Assembly: GCA_964512085.1 (NCBI GenBank)
Contig: CAZEIU010000001.1
Coordinates: forward strand, 7,647-71,646
DNA: 64,000 nt
Direction of reading: 5' to 3'
Source: an uncultured Candidatus Saccharibacteria bacterium
Lineage (GTDB): Bacteria; Patescibacteriota; Saccharimonadia; CAILAD01; BJGX01
Part shown: in pieces, positions 55,802 through 64,000 of the stretch
Layout: each line of letters starts with the position of its first letter
How positions within the stretch are numbered: the first letter of the stretch is position 1
Notes under the pieces: model-generated
Database searches by the model: none
The model's input: only the letters and a program-made list of their open reading frames with translations
Told to the model about the DNA's origin: nothing
Made by a program: the position numbers and the translations under genes

Positions 55802-57054
55802 TAGATCTTCATTTCTTTAAATGCCCAAATCAATACCTCTAGCATATCACTGTAGCTAATATTCTTACTTGGGCTGTATAAATAAAGTACGTTATCTACA
55901 ACCTCAATATTTATCTCAAACTCTAAGCCGTAAATTCTCTCCATAAAGTTTGTTGCCAGCAGCTCAAAGCTAGTGGCTTGATCTTGATTGGCCGCCCAAA
56001 CAGCAAATTTCTTATTAAACTCAACGCTCTCGGTCTCAATCTTATTTAGGCCCTTAGCTTTGGGCTTAAAACCATACCAACTTTTTTCTGTTACTAAGAT
56101 ATCGTCGTAGCTTTTGGGCAAAATTGCTTGGGCTACTGCAAAAGGCTGCATACCTACGCCAGCCCTTGGCTCATAGCTATAAAACTCCACAATAATGTCT
56201 TTATAATAACCAATAACATGGTTATTGATATCGGCATTGCCAAACCCAGCAGGACCAAATATCGCACCCCTACTTGGCATCATAAGCCAGCCAAAATCTG
56301 GGTCATAATAAAAATTATTCGCGCTAGCAAACTCAGCTATCGAAGTGTCGTATTTTGATGCGTCGGCAGTAGTTTGATCAATTTTGTCTAATACATACTT
56401 ATTTTTTACTTTTACAAAGCTCCAGATTTCTGAAAAAGTACTATTATCAGCGTAAATAGTCTTATTCTCTTTATTATCAATTAACTTGTCTTGCGAGCTG
56501 GCAGTAATAAAAACACTAAAACCTTCATCGTATTGGTTATTTTTTAGTAAGAACACACTACTAATCTTTACGTTTTCCATCTTGTTTTGTCGTTCGTAAT
56601 TTTTGAGTACATTGAGTTCTAACACCATCTTTTTGTAATAATCACTCGAGGTAAACTTCTCGATCGAGCCTAGATCAAAATTAGACCAAGCCGATTGAAA
56701 AGCCAAAAATACCTCACGCGACCTTCGAGCCAGTTTTTTCTCTTCTTCGCTACCATCTTTTTCTGGATCGATATAGCCTGCAGGCACACTTGTAGCCGTA
56801 CTATATTTGCCCTTGCTCAGTTTGAGCACCAACACCACAAATAAAATTGGTACGCCAGCAAATAGCAAAATAAAAAACAATGTCCAATACCATGGGCCAT
56901 CGATACTGCCCGACGAACCGGCACTACTACGACTATAAGAGGAGCTACTTGAATGGCTACTACTCGAGCTAGAGTGACCACCGCTACTTGAGCTTCCGCC
57001 TCCTCCCGCACGGGCTAAATACCATGTATTATTGTTTTTTATCAGCTCATGCAT
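55801..57054 (-). CDS. hypothetical membrane protein with Ser/Gly-rich low-complexity N-terminus
   Basis: GGGGSSSSGGHSSSSSSHSSSSSYSRSS... then TM helix (WTLFFILLFAGVPILFVVLVL) and a ~330-aa C-terminal domain. Confidence 0.45.
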   Translation of the reverse strand: MHELIKNNNTWYLARAGGGGSSSSGGHSSSSSSHSSSSSYSRSSAGSSGSIDGPWYWTLFFILLFAGVPILFVVLVLKLSKGKYSTATSVPAGYIDPEKDGSEEEKKLARRSREVFLAFQSAWSNFDLGSIEKFTSSDYYKKMVLELNVLKNYERQNKMENVKISSVFLLKNNQYDEGFSVFITASSQDKLIDNKENKTIYADNSTFSEIWSFVKVKNKYVLDKIDQTTADASKYDTSIAEFASANNFYYDPDFGWLMMPSRGAIFGPAGFGNADINNHVIGYYKDIIVEFYSYEPRAGVGMQPFAVAQAILPKSYDDILVTEKSWYGFKPKAKGLNKIETESVEFNKKFAVWAANQDQATSFELLATNFMERIYGLEFEINIEVVDNVLYLYSPSKNISYSDMLEVLIWAFKEMKI

Positions 57055-57106
57055 AATTATTTATTATAACAGCGCACCATACAAAACAAACTATCTTAAA
57101 ATTACA

Positions 57107-57541
57107 TTACTTGGCTATTTTGTTGAGTTTGTGTTGAAAATACAACGTAGTAATAAGGTAGGGGATATAATATGTAGAAACCAGCGCCACTATTCCAATT
57201 GGGTCGACATAACTAATATTGGCTTGTTGCCCTGTTAGTAAATAAACCAATCCCACATATACAGCGAGTAATATTAGAGGTAAAAAGAAGGCTAAACCTA
57301 CAGAAATATCACCCTTAGTAGCTTTATTGAGTGACTTGCTCAATCTATACCACCACCACAAATTAATTGGCGAAATAAAAAACCATAAGTACAGTGGTAC
57401 ATTGGGCTCTCGTTTGTTTATTACGTTGAGCTCAGTTTTTGTGACGTAATACCAGTAAAACTCATAAAGACCAAAAGTAACGATGTTTAATAGAACAATA
57501 ATTGGTAGTGATCTATGTCTCATATTATTAGCATACTCCAA
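57107..57541 (-). CDS. hypothetical integral membrane protein
   Basis: 144 aa, W/Y-rich TM helices. Confidence 0.4.
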   Translation of the reverse strand: MEYANNMRHRSLPIIVLLNIVTFGLYEFYWYYVTKTELNVINKREPNVPLYLWFFISPINLWWWYRLSKSLNKATKGDISVGLAFFLPLILLAVYVGLVYLLTGQQANISYVDPIGIVALVSTYYIPYLITTLYFQHKLNKIAK

Positions 57542-58007
57542 GATTACGCTTATGCAAATACTGTTGATGATATTCTTCGGCCTGCCAAAACGTAGTTGCT
57601 GGCACTACTTGAGTAACTACCTTGTTTTTGTATTTTTTAGACTTATTTAGTGCTTTTATTCTTGCCTCAGCTTCTTTCTTTTGATTATCGTTGTGGTAAA
57701 ACACCACGCTTCTATAGTTATAACCCACATCTAAGCCCTGCCTGTTTAGCTGGGTTGGGTCATGATTCTCAAAAAATATGTCAAGCAGCTCTTTGTAGCT
57801 TATCTTATTAGCATCAAACTCTACCCTCACAGTTTCGGCATGGCCAGTTGTATGAGAACAGACTTGCTCATAGGTAGGGTTGTCTACGTGCCCACCCTCG
57901 TAACCAACGGTGGTTTTTAATACCCCTTTGGTATTACGAAAAACTTCTTCTACTCCCCAAAAACATCCACCACCAAAGTCAGCTATTTGAGATTGTATTT
58001 TATTCAC
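57528..58007 (-). CDS. msrA: peptide methionine sulfoxide reductase MsrA
   Basis: Catalytic GGGCFWGVEEVF motif at the N-terminus; 159 aa. Confidence 0.9.
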   Translation of the reverse strand: MNKIQSQIADFGGGCFWGVEEVFRNTKGVLKTTVGYEGGHVDNPTYEQVCSHTTGHAETVRVEFDANKISYKELLDIFFENHDPTQLNRQGLDVGYNYRSVVFYHNDNQKKEAEARIKALNKSKKYKNKVVTQVVPATTFWQAEEYHQQYLHKRNLGVC

Positions 58008-58557
58008 TAAAGTCTCCTTTGGGCAACGGTTTGATATTGATATTTCTAATTTGATTTACAGAAACTAATGTTCTAAGTATGCTCAACCCATGGTCTTTTG
58101 TAGTGTTGATTTGCTTAAAAGTATCACCATCTACAAAAAAGACCTGCACACCATACTCAAGCATTGCCTCCAACCCAGAATCAAAAACTTTTTTCGATAT
58201 AGGCATTACTGACACTCTACTCGTCCATTCATCGTTAGCGCCACCCCTAATTTCATTAATAAAACTATCACTTGGCAACTTATAGATGGCTCCACCCTTG
58301 TCTTGACCTTCAAATCTACTTTTATCTGATATTATCATTGTCTGAACGTCATTAAAAGCGCTTTTTTGTGTCCAACTATCGTCGGTTTTTACTATAAAAC
58401 AAGCCGCCGAATCTACATGTGGAGTTGCAAAAACTACCGGTCCCTCGCTAGAGTCTCTCACTTGCTCGGCACGAGGTTCAAAAACCGTAATCTTTTTATT
58501 CTCCGAGGCATGGTACAAATATTCTGGTTTATTCATTGGTAACTTTTTGGGCGTCAA
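58000..58557 (-). CDS. hypothetical protein
   Basis: 185-aa ORF overlapping msrA by 8 nt and the upstream gene by 29 nt (operonic). Confidence 0.45.
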   Translation of the reverse strand: MTPKKLPMNKPEYLYHASENKKITVFEPRAEQVRDSSEGPVVFATPHVDSAACFIVKTDDSWTQKSAFNDVQTMIISDKSRFEGQDKGGAIYKLPSDSFINEIRGGANDEWTSRVSVMPISKKVFDSGLEAMLEYGVQVFFVDGDTFKQINTTKDHGLSILRTLVSVNQIRNINIKPLPKGDFSE

Positions 58558-58846
58558 AATGTTCTCTTAAGCTCGCGAGCCTTTTCTCAAATAATTGCTC
58601 GGCGTCGACACTAAACAAATTAGCCAATCTGTAGCCGTGAGCCAACAAATCTGGTATTGCTTCATTGATCACTTTTTCTTGTTCGGCCGAGTCGGTGTGA
58701 TCATATACATCCGTATACTCACCAATTTTTCCTAGTAATTTGTTTAAATGACCAACTATATGATGAATGTTGTCTATTTTTGGCTTATCATACAAATCCC
58801 AATACTTTTTGTCGTACTGTTCGATTTCTTTTTGAAGTTTGTTCAT
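58529..58846 (-). CDS. hypothetical small helical protein (weak MazG-like/NTP-PPase resemblance)
   Basis: 105 aa all-helical; lacks clear EExGE motifs, so the assignment is tentative. Confidence 0.3.
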   Translation of the reverse strand: MNKLQKEIEQYDKKYWDLYDKPKIDNIHHIVGHLNKLLGKIGEYTDVYDHTDSAEQEKVINEAIPDLLAHGYRLANLFSVDAEQLFEKRLASLREHFDAQKVTNE

Positions 58847-58905
58847 TATTTAATTATATAACAAACTAATTTGCTACAATAAATATATAAACAAGGATAA
58901 ATTAT

Positions 58906-59577
58906 ATGGTATTAAAAGCAATAATACTTAATTGCACACTCAAAAAATCACCTCGCAAATCAAACACCGAGGCGCTAATAGACAAGGCTGTTGCAGAGTA
59001 TCAAAAACTAGGCGTAGAAACTGAGGTAGTAAGAGTAATTGACTACAATATTCCATTTGGAATCAATTCTGACGAGGGTGATGGCGACGAGTGGCCCAAA
59101 ATAAACGACAAGATTAAAGACGCCAATATACTTATTATTGGTAGCCCGATATGGTTTGGTGTGCGTGGCTCAGTTACGCAAATGGTAATGGAGCGGTTAA
59201 GCGGTGGCTACGACGAAGCCAATGAACAAAATGGTCAATTTCCTCTTTATAACAAAGTAGGCGCTACTATTGTTACTGGCAATGAAGACGGCGCTCACAA
59301 CGTGGCTGCCAACACCTTATTTAATCTCACTCACCTTGGCGCTACTATTGCACCGAACTCTGATAGCTACTGGGTAGGTGATGCTGGCCCGGGCCCAAGC
59401 TACATAGAGATAGGCCAAGATCATCTTTATACCAATAGAACCGTTTTGTATTTGGTACACAACACAGTCTATATGGCCAACTTGCTAGCCAACAATCCTA
59501 TTGATACCAACCTCAAAGAGCTAGATGAACAAGCCAAGAGTATTAGCAAAGACACCAAAAAACATATTCGTGAGTAA
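58906..59577 (+). CDS. flavodoxin-like fold NAD(P)H-dependent oxidoreductase
   Basis: ILNCTLKKSP...ILIIGSPIWFG motifs typical of NADPH-dependent FMN reductase / ArsH-like flavoproteins. Confidence 0.65.
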   Translation: MVLKAIILNCTLKKSPRKSNTEALIDKAVAEYQKLGVETEVVRVIDYNIPFGINSDEGDGDEWPKINDKIKDANILIIGSPIWFGVRGSVTQMVMERLSGGYDEANEQNGQFPLYNKVGATIVTGNEDGAHNVAANTLFNLTHLGATIAPNSDSYWVGDAGPGPSYIEIGQDHLYTNRTVLYLVHNTVYMANLLANNPIDTNLKELDEQAKSISKDTKKHIRE

Positions 59578-60168
59578 CTATCTTATATTAACTTTTGCAA
59601 CTTTTCTTCTACCATAAAAGTACAACAACAATTCTCCGGCTGTTCCAGATATAGTAACCACTTTGTTGCGTTTATTAAAGCGTAGTTTTATTACCTCTTC
59701 GGTTTGAGAGTTTACAAAATCAACATTGCCAATATCACTTACCAAATTTTTTCTAATTTTTGACATACTTTTTAGGCTTTTCCATAAGATGCTATTATCT
59801 TGATTGCTAGGTTTTGGTCGACTCATGCTTAATGCTCCACGTAAAAAATCCTCGTTGTGCACCCAAAACTCAGCTGTGTTTACACTTGCTGGCATGTACC
59901 ATGGATATTTTTTAAGCTTACGCAATATATAATCATGACCATGCGATTTTACTCGTTCTATTCTTTTATCGTGAAGCTTTTGCAAACTCGGTACCACTAA
60001 GCCAATTCCTCCAATTAAACTTCGTTCACGAGTTACTAAATGTGCAGCCAAGTCTTCTACCATCCAGCCTGCGCACAACGTTTTGGCGCCCCATTGTTCT
60101 GGCTTGAGATTCTTAAGCAGATTATAAGTAAACTGCCGCTCAGATTTTACAAATTGTTTATTTGTCAT
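59578..60168 (-). CDS. DinB/YfiT-like (DinB_2) helical-bundle protein
   Basis: 196 aa; the segment ...WGAKTLCAGWMVEDLAAHLV... resembles DinB_2 / maleylpyruvate-isomerase N-terminal domain. Confidence 0.4.
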   Translation of the reverse strand: MTNKQFVKSERQFTYNLLKNLKPEQWGAKTLCAGWMVEDLAAHLVTRERSLIGGIGLVVPSLQKLHDKRIERVKSHGHDYILRKLKKYPWYMPASVNTAEFWVHNEDFLRGALSMSRPKPSNQDNSILWKSLKSMSKIRKNLVSDIGNVDFVNSQTEEVIKLRFNKRNKVVTISGTAGELLLYFYGRRKVAKVNIR

Positions 60169-60202
60169 AATGTTATTCTACATGTAGTGATACAATAAAC
60201 CT

Positions 60203-60580
60203 ATGAACAAAGAAGATTTGAAGAAAAAGTTAGACCCTCTTGCCTATGAGGTTACTCAAAATAAAGCTACAGAGGAGCCTTTTACTGGCAAGTATGTAAA
60301 CGAACATGCCGATGGCAGTTATCATTGTGTAGTCTGTGGCCAAAAACTGTTTGAAAGTGGTACCAAGTTCGATAGCGGTAGTGGTTGGCCAAGTTTTGAC
60401 GACGCTGTGCCTGGGTCTGTAAAGTTGTTGCCAGACAATTCACACAGCATGCAACGAACTGAAGTAATTTGTAGTAAATGTGGGGCTCATCTTGGTCATC
60501 TGTTTGATGATGGGCCAAAAGAAACTACCGGGCAAAGATATTGTATTAACTCTTGCGCTCTAGATTTAAAAAATAAATAG
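60203..60580 (+). CDS. msrB: peptide methionine sulfoxide reductase MsrB
   Basis: Two CxxC zinc pairs (CVVCGQ..., CSKCGAHLGHLF) and the catalytic region GWPSF...; 125 aa. Confidence 0.9.
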   Translation: MNKEDLKKKLDPLAYEVTQNKATEEPFTGKYVNEHADGSYHCVVCGQKLFESGTKFDSGSGWPSFDDAVPGSVKLLPDNSHSMQRTEVICSKCGAHLGHLFDDGPKETTGQRYCINSCALDLKNK

Positions 60581-60585
60581 TAAAA

Positions 60586-60993
60586 CTAATATTTAATATT
60601 TTGATCTTTTAATTGATCAACAAACGGTTTACTTTTGAGATATTTAAGAGTTTGTAACCCAACAGTGTTTGCAGCAACAAGATTGTCACTTAAATCGTCG
60701 ACAAACAAAACTTCTTGAGTTTTTAGTTCTAGGCCATTTACAACGGTTTCGTATATACCTGGGTCGGTTTTGGCAAGGCCAAGCTCTGCAGTAGTTTTAA
60801 CAAAAGTAAAATACTTATCTATATTTCTTTTTTTAAACCATTCTTCTAGATCAGAGTTTACTGCCGACAAAACTCCAAAACCAATTTTTCGATAGTTGGT
60901 TTTTGCAAAATCAATAATATCTAAGTTTAGCTCATCTTTGTTGGCAAAATACAAAACGTTATAAAAATCTAAGATAACAAATTTTATTTTCAT
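60586..60993 (-). CDS. HAD-like hydrolase (short)
   Basis: MKIKFVILDFYNVL (motif I-like) and FVDDLSDNL (motif IV). Start placed at MKIK so that it overlaps the pepF stop by 4 nt (ATGA). Confidence 0.45.
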   Translation of the reverse strand: MKIKFVILDFYNVLYFANKDELNLDIIDFAKTNYRKIGFGVLSAVNSDLEEWFKKRNIDKYFTFVKTTAELGLAKTDPGIYETVVNGLELKTQEVLFVDDLSDNLVAANTVGLQTLKYLKSKPFVDQLKDQNIKY

Positions 60994-62780
60994 AGTGTTT
61001 CTAGTTGCGTTTGCCACTGCTTAATTATTTCAAAACTACTGTTCCAAAAGTTTGCGTCTTCTATATCCACACCTACCTCGCTTAGTATTTTTGCTGGCTC
61101 TTGTGATCCACCAGCAGTCAATATTTTTTCTAACTTAGGTATAAAACTTTGACCTTCTTTTTTGTACATTCCATACAAAGACAAACTAAGTAATTCACCA
61201 AAATTATATGCATAGCAATAAAAAGGCGTTTGATGAATGTGAGGTATATAAGCCCATTCGTGTCTAAACATTTTATCGACTTCTACGCTATCACCGTATT
61301 GTTCGGCAAGAGTATCGAGCCACAACTGTGAAATTTCTGGCTCGGTGGCACCTTTGGCAAAAAGATTATGGGCATTAATCTCAAACTTAATAAAGTAGTT
61401 TTGACGAATTATGCTTGCATAGCTATCGGCAATCTTGCTCGCCAAAAGGTATTTTTTTTGTTCTACATCGGTAGTTGTTTTTAGTAACCTCTCAAATAAA
61501 ATCATTTCTCCAAATGTTGAGGCCGTTTCGGCAAGCGGTAAAGTAGCGTGTTGAGCCGAGATAGTATGTTGCTCGGCATAGATAGAATGTATGCCATGAC
61601 CAAACTCATGCGCAATAGTACTCACATCTCTACTTTTGCCTGCAAAGTTTAATAGAATATATGGCTTAATACTTGGAGCAACCGTAACACAAAAGGCGCC
61701 ATCTCTTTTGCTACTGCTTGGATGTGAATCAACATGATTTGCGTCAACTATTTGCTTGGCTTTATCGGCAAAATCCTGACTAAAATCAGTGTAAGATTCA
61801 AGCACCAAATTTAATGCCGACTGGTAGTCAAACTGCATTTTGTCCTCTCCAATAGGTGCATAAATATCAAAGCGTGTGAGTTTATCTAAGCCAAGATATT
61901 TGGCTTTGTATCGAAAGAAGTTCTGAAAAATATCTACATTATTCTCGCAAACGTGCATAAGAGTTTCTATTGCCTTGTCTGTTACATCATTGGCCGCATT
62001 TCGCATACTTATAGGCGATTCATAGCCTCTAAGCCTAGCTGTATAATCCCAATCTTTGGCAATTGCCTGATATATAATAAATAGTTTTTCAATATTTTTT
62101 GTAAATTGCTCGCTTCGGGCTCTATAGGCTTCGGCCCTCACGGCTGGGTCGGGCGAATCTGTGAGAGCGTTTATTTCTGCTAGAGTTTCTTTAATTTGTT
62201 TTTTCTGTCCAGGTAAGCGCAAATGAAACTCAAATTCGGTTGTAATAATATCTCTTAAATCATTGATTACAGAAACACCATTTACACTTTTACCCAGCAA
62301 AATATTCTCAGACTTGTCATCTAAGCTGTATTTAGCGAGCTTACGACCGCGATGCAGAGCATACTGTAAATCTCCAGCACTAGCAAAGAGTCGTTCTGCG
62401 TTTTGGTCATCTAGGATGTCTTTGCCTTCTACTGCTAATCCTTTGCGCCATGAATTAATTTTTTGGAGCTTCTCAGAGGCAAACATGTCTAGGTCATTAA
62501 CTAAATTCTTGAGTTTAGTTGCTTCTGAGTCTTTGGTGTTTGTCGACTCCATTAGATATGAACGGCACTCAAGCCTAGCCATACCTTCGGTAATATCATC
62601 TATTTGCCGTAAAAGACTACTAAAGTCTTCTGTAGACATGTCTTTATTGACAGTTGCATCAAAAAACTCTTCTAGCTTATCAACTTTTTGTTTGATTTCA
62701 TCATAAAGTACTGGCCACTTCTCAAGAGAAATAATTTCATCTAAGTTCCAGCTCTTAACTAGAGATTTTGTTTTTTTCAT
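60990..62780 (-). CDS. pepF: oligoendopeptidase F (M3B family)
   Basis: HEFGHGIH zinc-binding motif and M3-family length (596 aa). Confidence 0.85.
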   Translation of the reverse strand: MKKTKSLVKSWNLDEIISLEKWPVLYDEIKQKVDKLEEFFDATVNKDMSTEDFSSLLRQIDDITEGMARLECRSYLMESTNTKDSEATKLKNLVNDLDMFASEKLQKINSWRKGLAVEGKDILDDQNAERLFASAGDLQYALHRGRKLAKYSLDDKSENILLGKSVNGVSVINDLRDIITTEFEFHLRLPGQKKQIKETLAEINALTDSPDPAVRAEAYRARSEQFTKNIEKLFIIYQAIAKDWDYTARLRGYESPISMRNAANDVTDKAIETLMHVCENNVDIFQNFFRYKAKYLGLDKLTRFDIYAPIGEDKMQFDYQSALNLVLESYTDFSQDFADKAKQIVDANHVDSHPSSSKRDGAFCVTVAPSIKPYILLNFAGKSRDVSTIAHEFGHGIHSIYAEQHTISAQHATLPLAETASTFGEMILFERLLKTTTDVEQKKYLLASKIADSYASIIRQNYFIKFEINAHNLFAKGATEPEISQLWLDTLAEQYGDSVEVDKMFRHEWAYIPHIHQTPFYCYAYNFGELLSLSLYGMYKKEGQSFIPKLEKILTAGGSQEPAKILSEVGVDIEDANFWNSSFEIIKQWQTQLETL

Positions 62781-62829
62781 GTCTACTATTGTAACTCAAA
62801 ATTCAATTCTTAGTTACCTTAAAAACAAA

Positions 62830-63969
62830 CTAGCGTACCGACTTATAGCCACCAGGTACACCATTTTGGCTGTATACAATTTGCCATAGCTGTAGACCAC
62901 GAGCTCTAAACTTAGCAGCGCAGACCAATAAATAGAATTCCCACATGCGTCTGAATCTTTCATCATATTTGTCGTGATCAAGTTTGGGGTAAGATTTTTG
63001 AAAATTGTCGTTCCACGCCATTAGAGTAGGGTCATAATTAGCCCCCATATTGTGCCAGTCTTCCATTACAAACTTACCTTCGGTAGCAGTAGCAATTTGC
63101 TTAATAGAAGGCAATACGCCACCCGGAAAAATATATTTATCTATCCATGGATCGGTAGCCGTAACACTTTTGTTGCCCCCAATGGTATGCAATATAAACA
63201 AACCATCGTCTTTTAATAGACTCTTCATTTTACTCAAGAATTTTTCATAGTTCTTGGGGCCAATGTGTTCCATTACTCCAATTGCGGCAATTCTATCAAA
63301 CTTGGTTTTGCCCGAATAATCTTGATAGGTAGTAAGAATAGGCTTCACCTTGAGGCCTTTGGCGTGTTGTTTTATATAATCAATCTGCTCGTGTGCGGGA
63401 GTAAAGCAGACAACCTCGCAACCATATTTTTTAGCCATGTGCATTGCAAGTCCACCCCAGCCACAGCCCACATCGAGTACTTTCATGCCTTTTTTGAGGT
63501 TTAGTTTTTCGCAAATCAAATCATACTTGTCTGTCTGGGCTTGATCTAAATTTTTTGCTCCTCTATCCCAATAAGCACAGGTATAGGCCATAGTTTTGCC
63601 AAGCATCGGTTCGTATAAGTCATTACCAATATCATAATGGCTTTGGGCATTCTTATAAGCTTTTTTGCCAATTTGATGATTCTTAAGTTTAGCTCCAACA
63701 TAAAATGCGGCCAGCTTAAGCTTGATAGCAGAAGATAATTTTTTATCTACATCGACACTAAAGGCCTTATAAAACATTTTGTCGAGTTTTTTTACTCTCC
63801 ACCAACCATCCATGTAGCTCTCGCCCACCCCCATACTGCCTTCTGCAAAAATACGTTCATATAGTCTCTCGTCCAATACTTTAATATCGTGGTCGCGAGT
63901 TCCATTTATCTTAATATCTGCATAATTCAAAAGCTGTTGAGCTTTCTTCTTGTGTTCTGAACTTGCCAT
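62830..63969 (-). CDS. cfa: cyclopropane-fatty-acyl-phospholipid synthase
   Basis: SAM-binding motif VLDVGCGWGGLAMHMAKKYG and CFA-synthase N-terminal region; 379 aa. Confidence 0.85.
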   Translation of the reverse strand: MASSEHKKKAQQLLNYADIKINGTRDHDIKVLDERLYERIFAEGSMGVGESYMDGWWRVKKLDKMFYKAFSVDVDKKLSSAIKLKLAAFYVGAKLKNHQIGKKAYKNAQSHYDIGNDLYEPMLGKTMAYTCAYWDRGAKNLDQAQTDKYDLICEKLNLKKGMKVLDVGCGWGGLAMHMAKKYGCEVVCFTPAHEQIDYIKQHAKGLKVKPILTTYQDYSGKTKFDRIAAIGVMEHIGPKNYEKFLSKMKSLLKDDGLFILHTIGGNKSVTATDPWIDKYIFPGGVLPSIKQIATATEGKFVMEDWHNMGANYDPTLMAWNDNFQKSYPKLDHDKYDERFRRMWEFYLLVCAAKFRARGLQLWQIVYSQNGVPGGYKSVR

Positions 63970-64000
63970 ACTATCCTCTTTTTACTGTTTTTTGATAAAG

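Noticed and set aside
1-64000. CRISPR arrays, rRNA genes, transposases/integrases, toxin-antitoxin pairs
   Set aside because: No tandem direct repeats with unique spacers, no rRNA signature blocks and no DDE/tyrosine-recombinase motifs were seen anywhere in the window.

Overview
This window looks like a chromosomal segment from an AT-rich, gene-dense bacterium with a small-genome flavour: many short hypothetical membrane proteins, compact operons and overlapping genes. All GC/composition statements here and in the findings are by-eye judgements; nothing was computed. Core housekeeping genes dominate: ftsK, an ABC exporter, RNase J, UDG (family 4), pnp-rpsO-truB, a DHH/NrnA-like phosphoesterase, holA/rpsT, mutM, polA, rpoD-dnaG, a Mur-ligase-family gene, trhO, pyrH, dus, an LCP protein, rarA, tyrA-like, msrA/msrB, pepF and cfa. 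A tRNA-Lys(UUU) and a one-piece tmRNA sit close together on the minus strand; I could not assign a conventional tmRNA tag frame, so the tmRNA call rests on the 5' and 3' ends only. The most unusual region is a ~2.7 kb stretch (about 18.94-21.62 kb) directly 5' of the tmRNA gene. It is visibly GC-richer than the rest, has no ORF longer than 153 aa in any frame, is packed with perfect hairpins and terminator-like structures, and carries two short GC-rich-codon ORFs on the minus strand. It also shares an exact 15-nt string with the body of the tmRNA. I read this as a decayed, horizontally acquired element and/or a locus of unrecognised structured RNAs. Other things worth a second look: a three-gene insert between mutM and polA in which each gene has its own promoter and terminator (one is a standalone REC-like domain); a 108-bp in-frame, inverted-repeat-flanked, GC-enriched insertion inside polA; a DnaG whose four zinc ligands are all substituted; several small Cys/His-rich ORFs with composition shifted from the background; tandem overlapping Cys-rich mini-ORFs; a 104-aa minimal K+ channel; a 49-aa ORF missing from the ORF track that has its own promoter, RBS and terminator; and a HAD-domain/sulfotransferase/PQ-rich membrane-protein cluster. 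Bases: protein-family assignments rest on motifs read in the translations plus established family knowledge. Promoters, terminators and repeats were read directly from the sequence. No database searches were run. No CRISPR array, rRNA or intact mobile-element gene (transposase/integrase) was seen.
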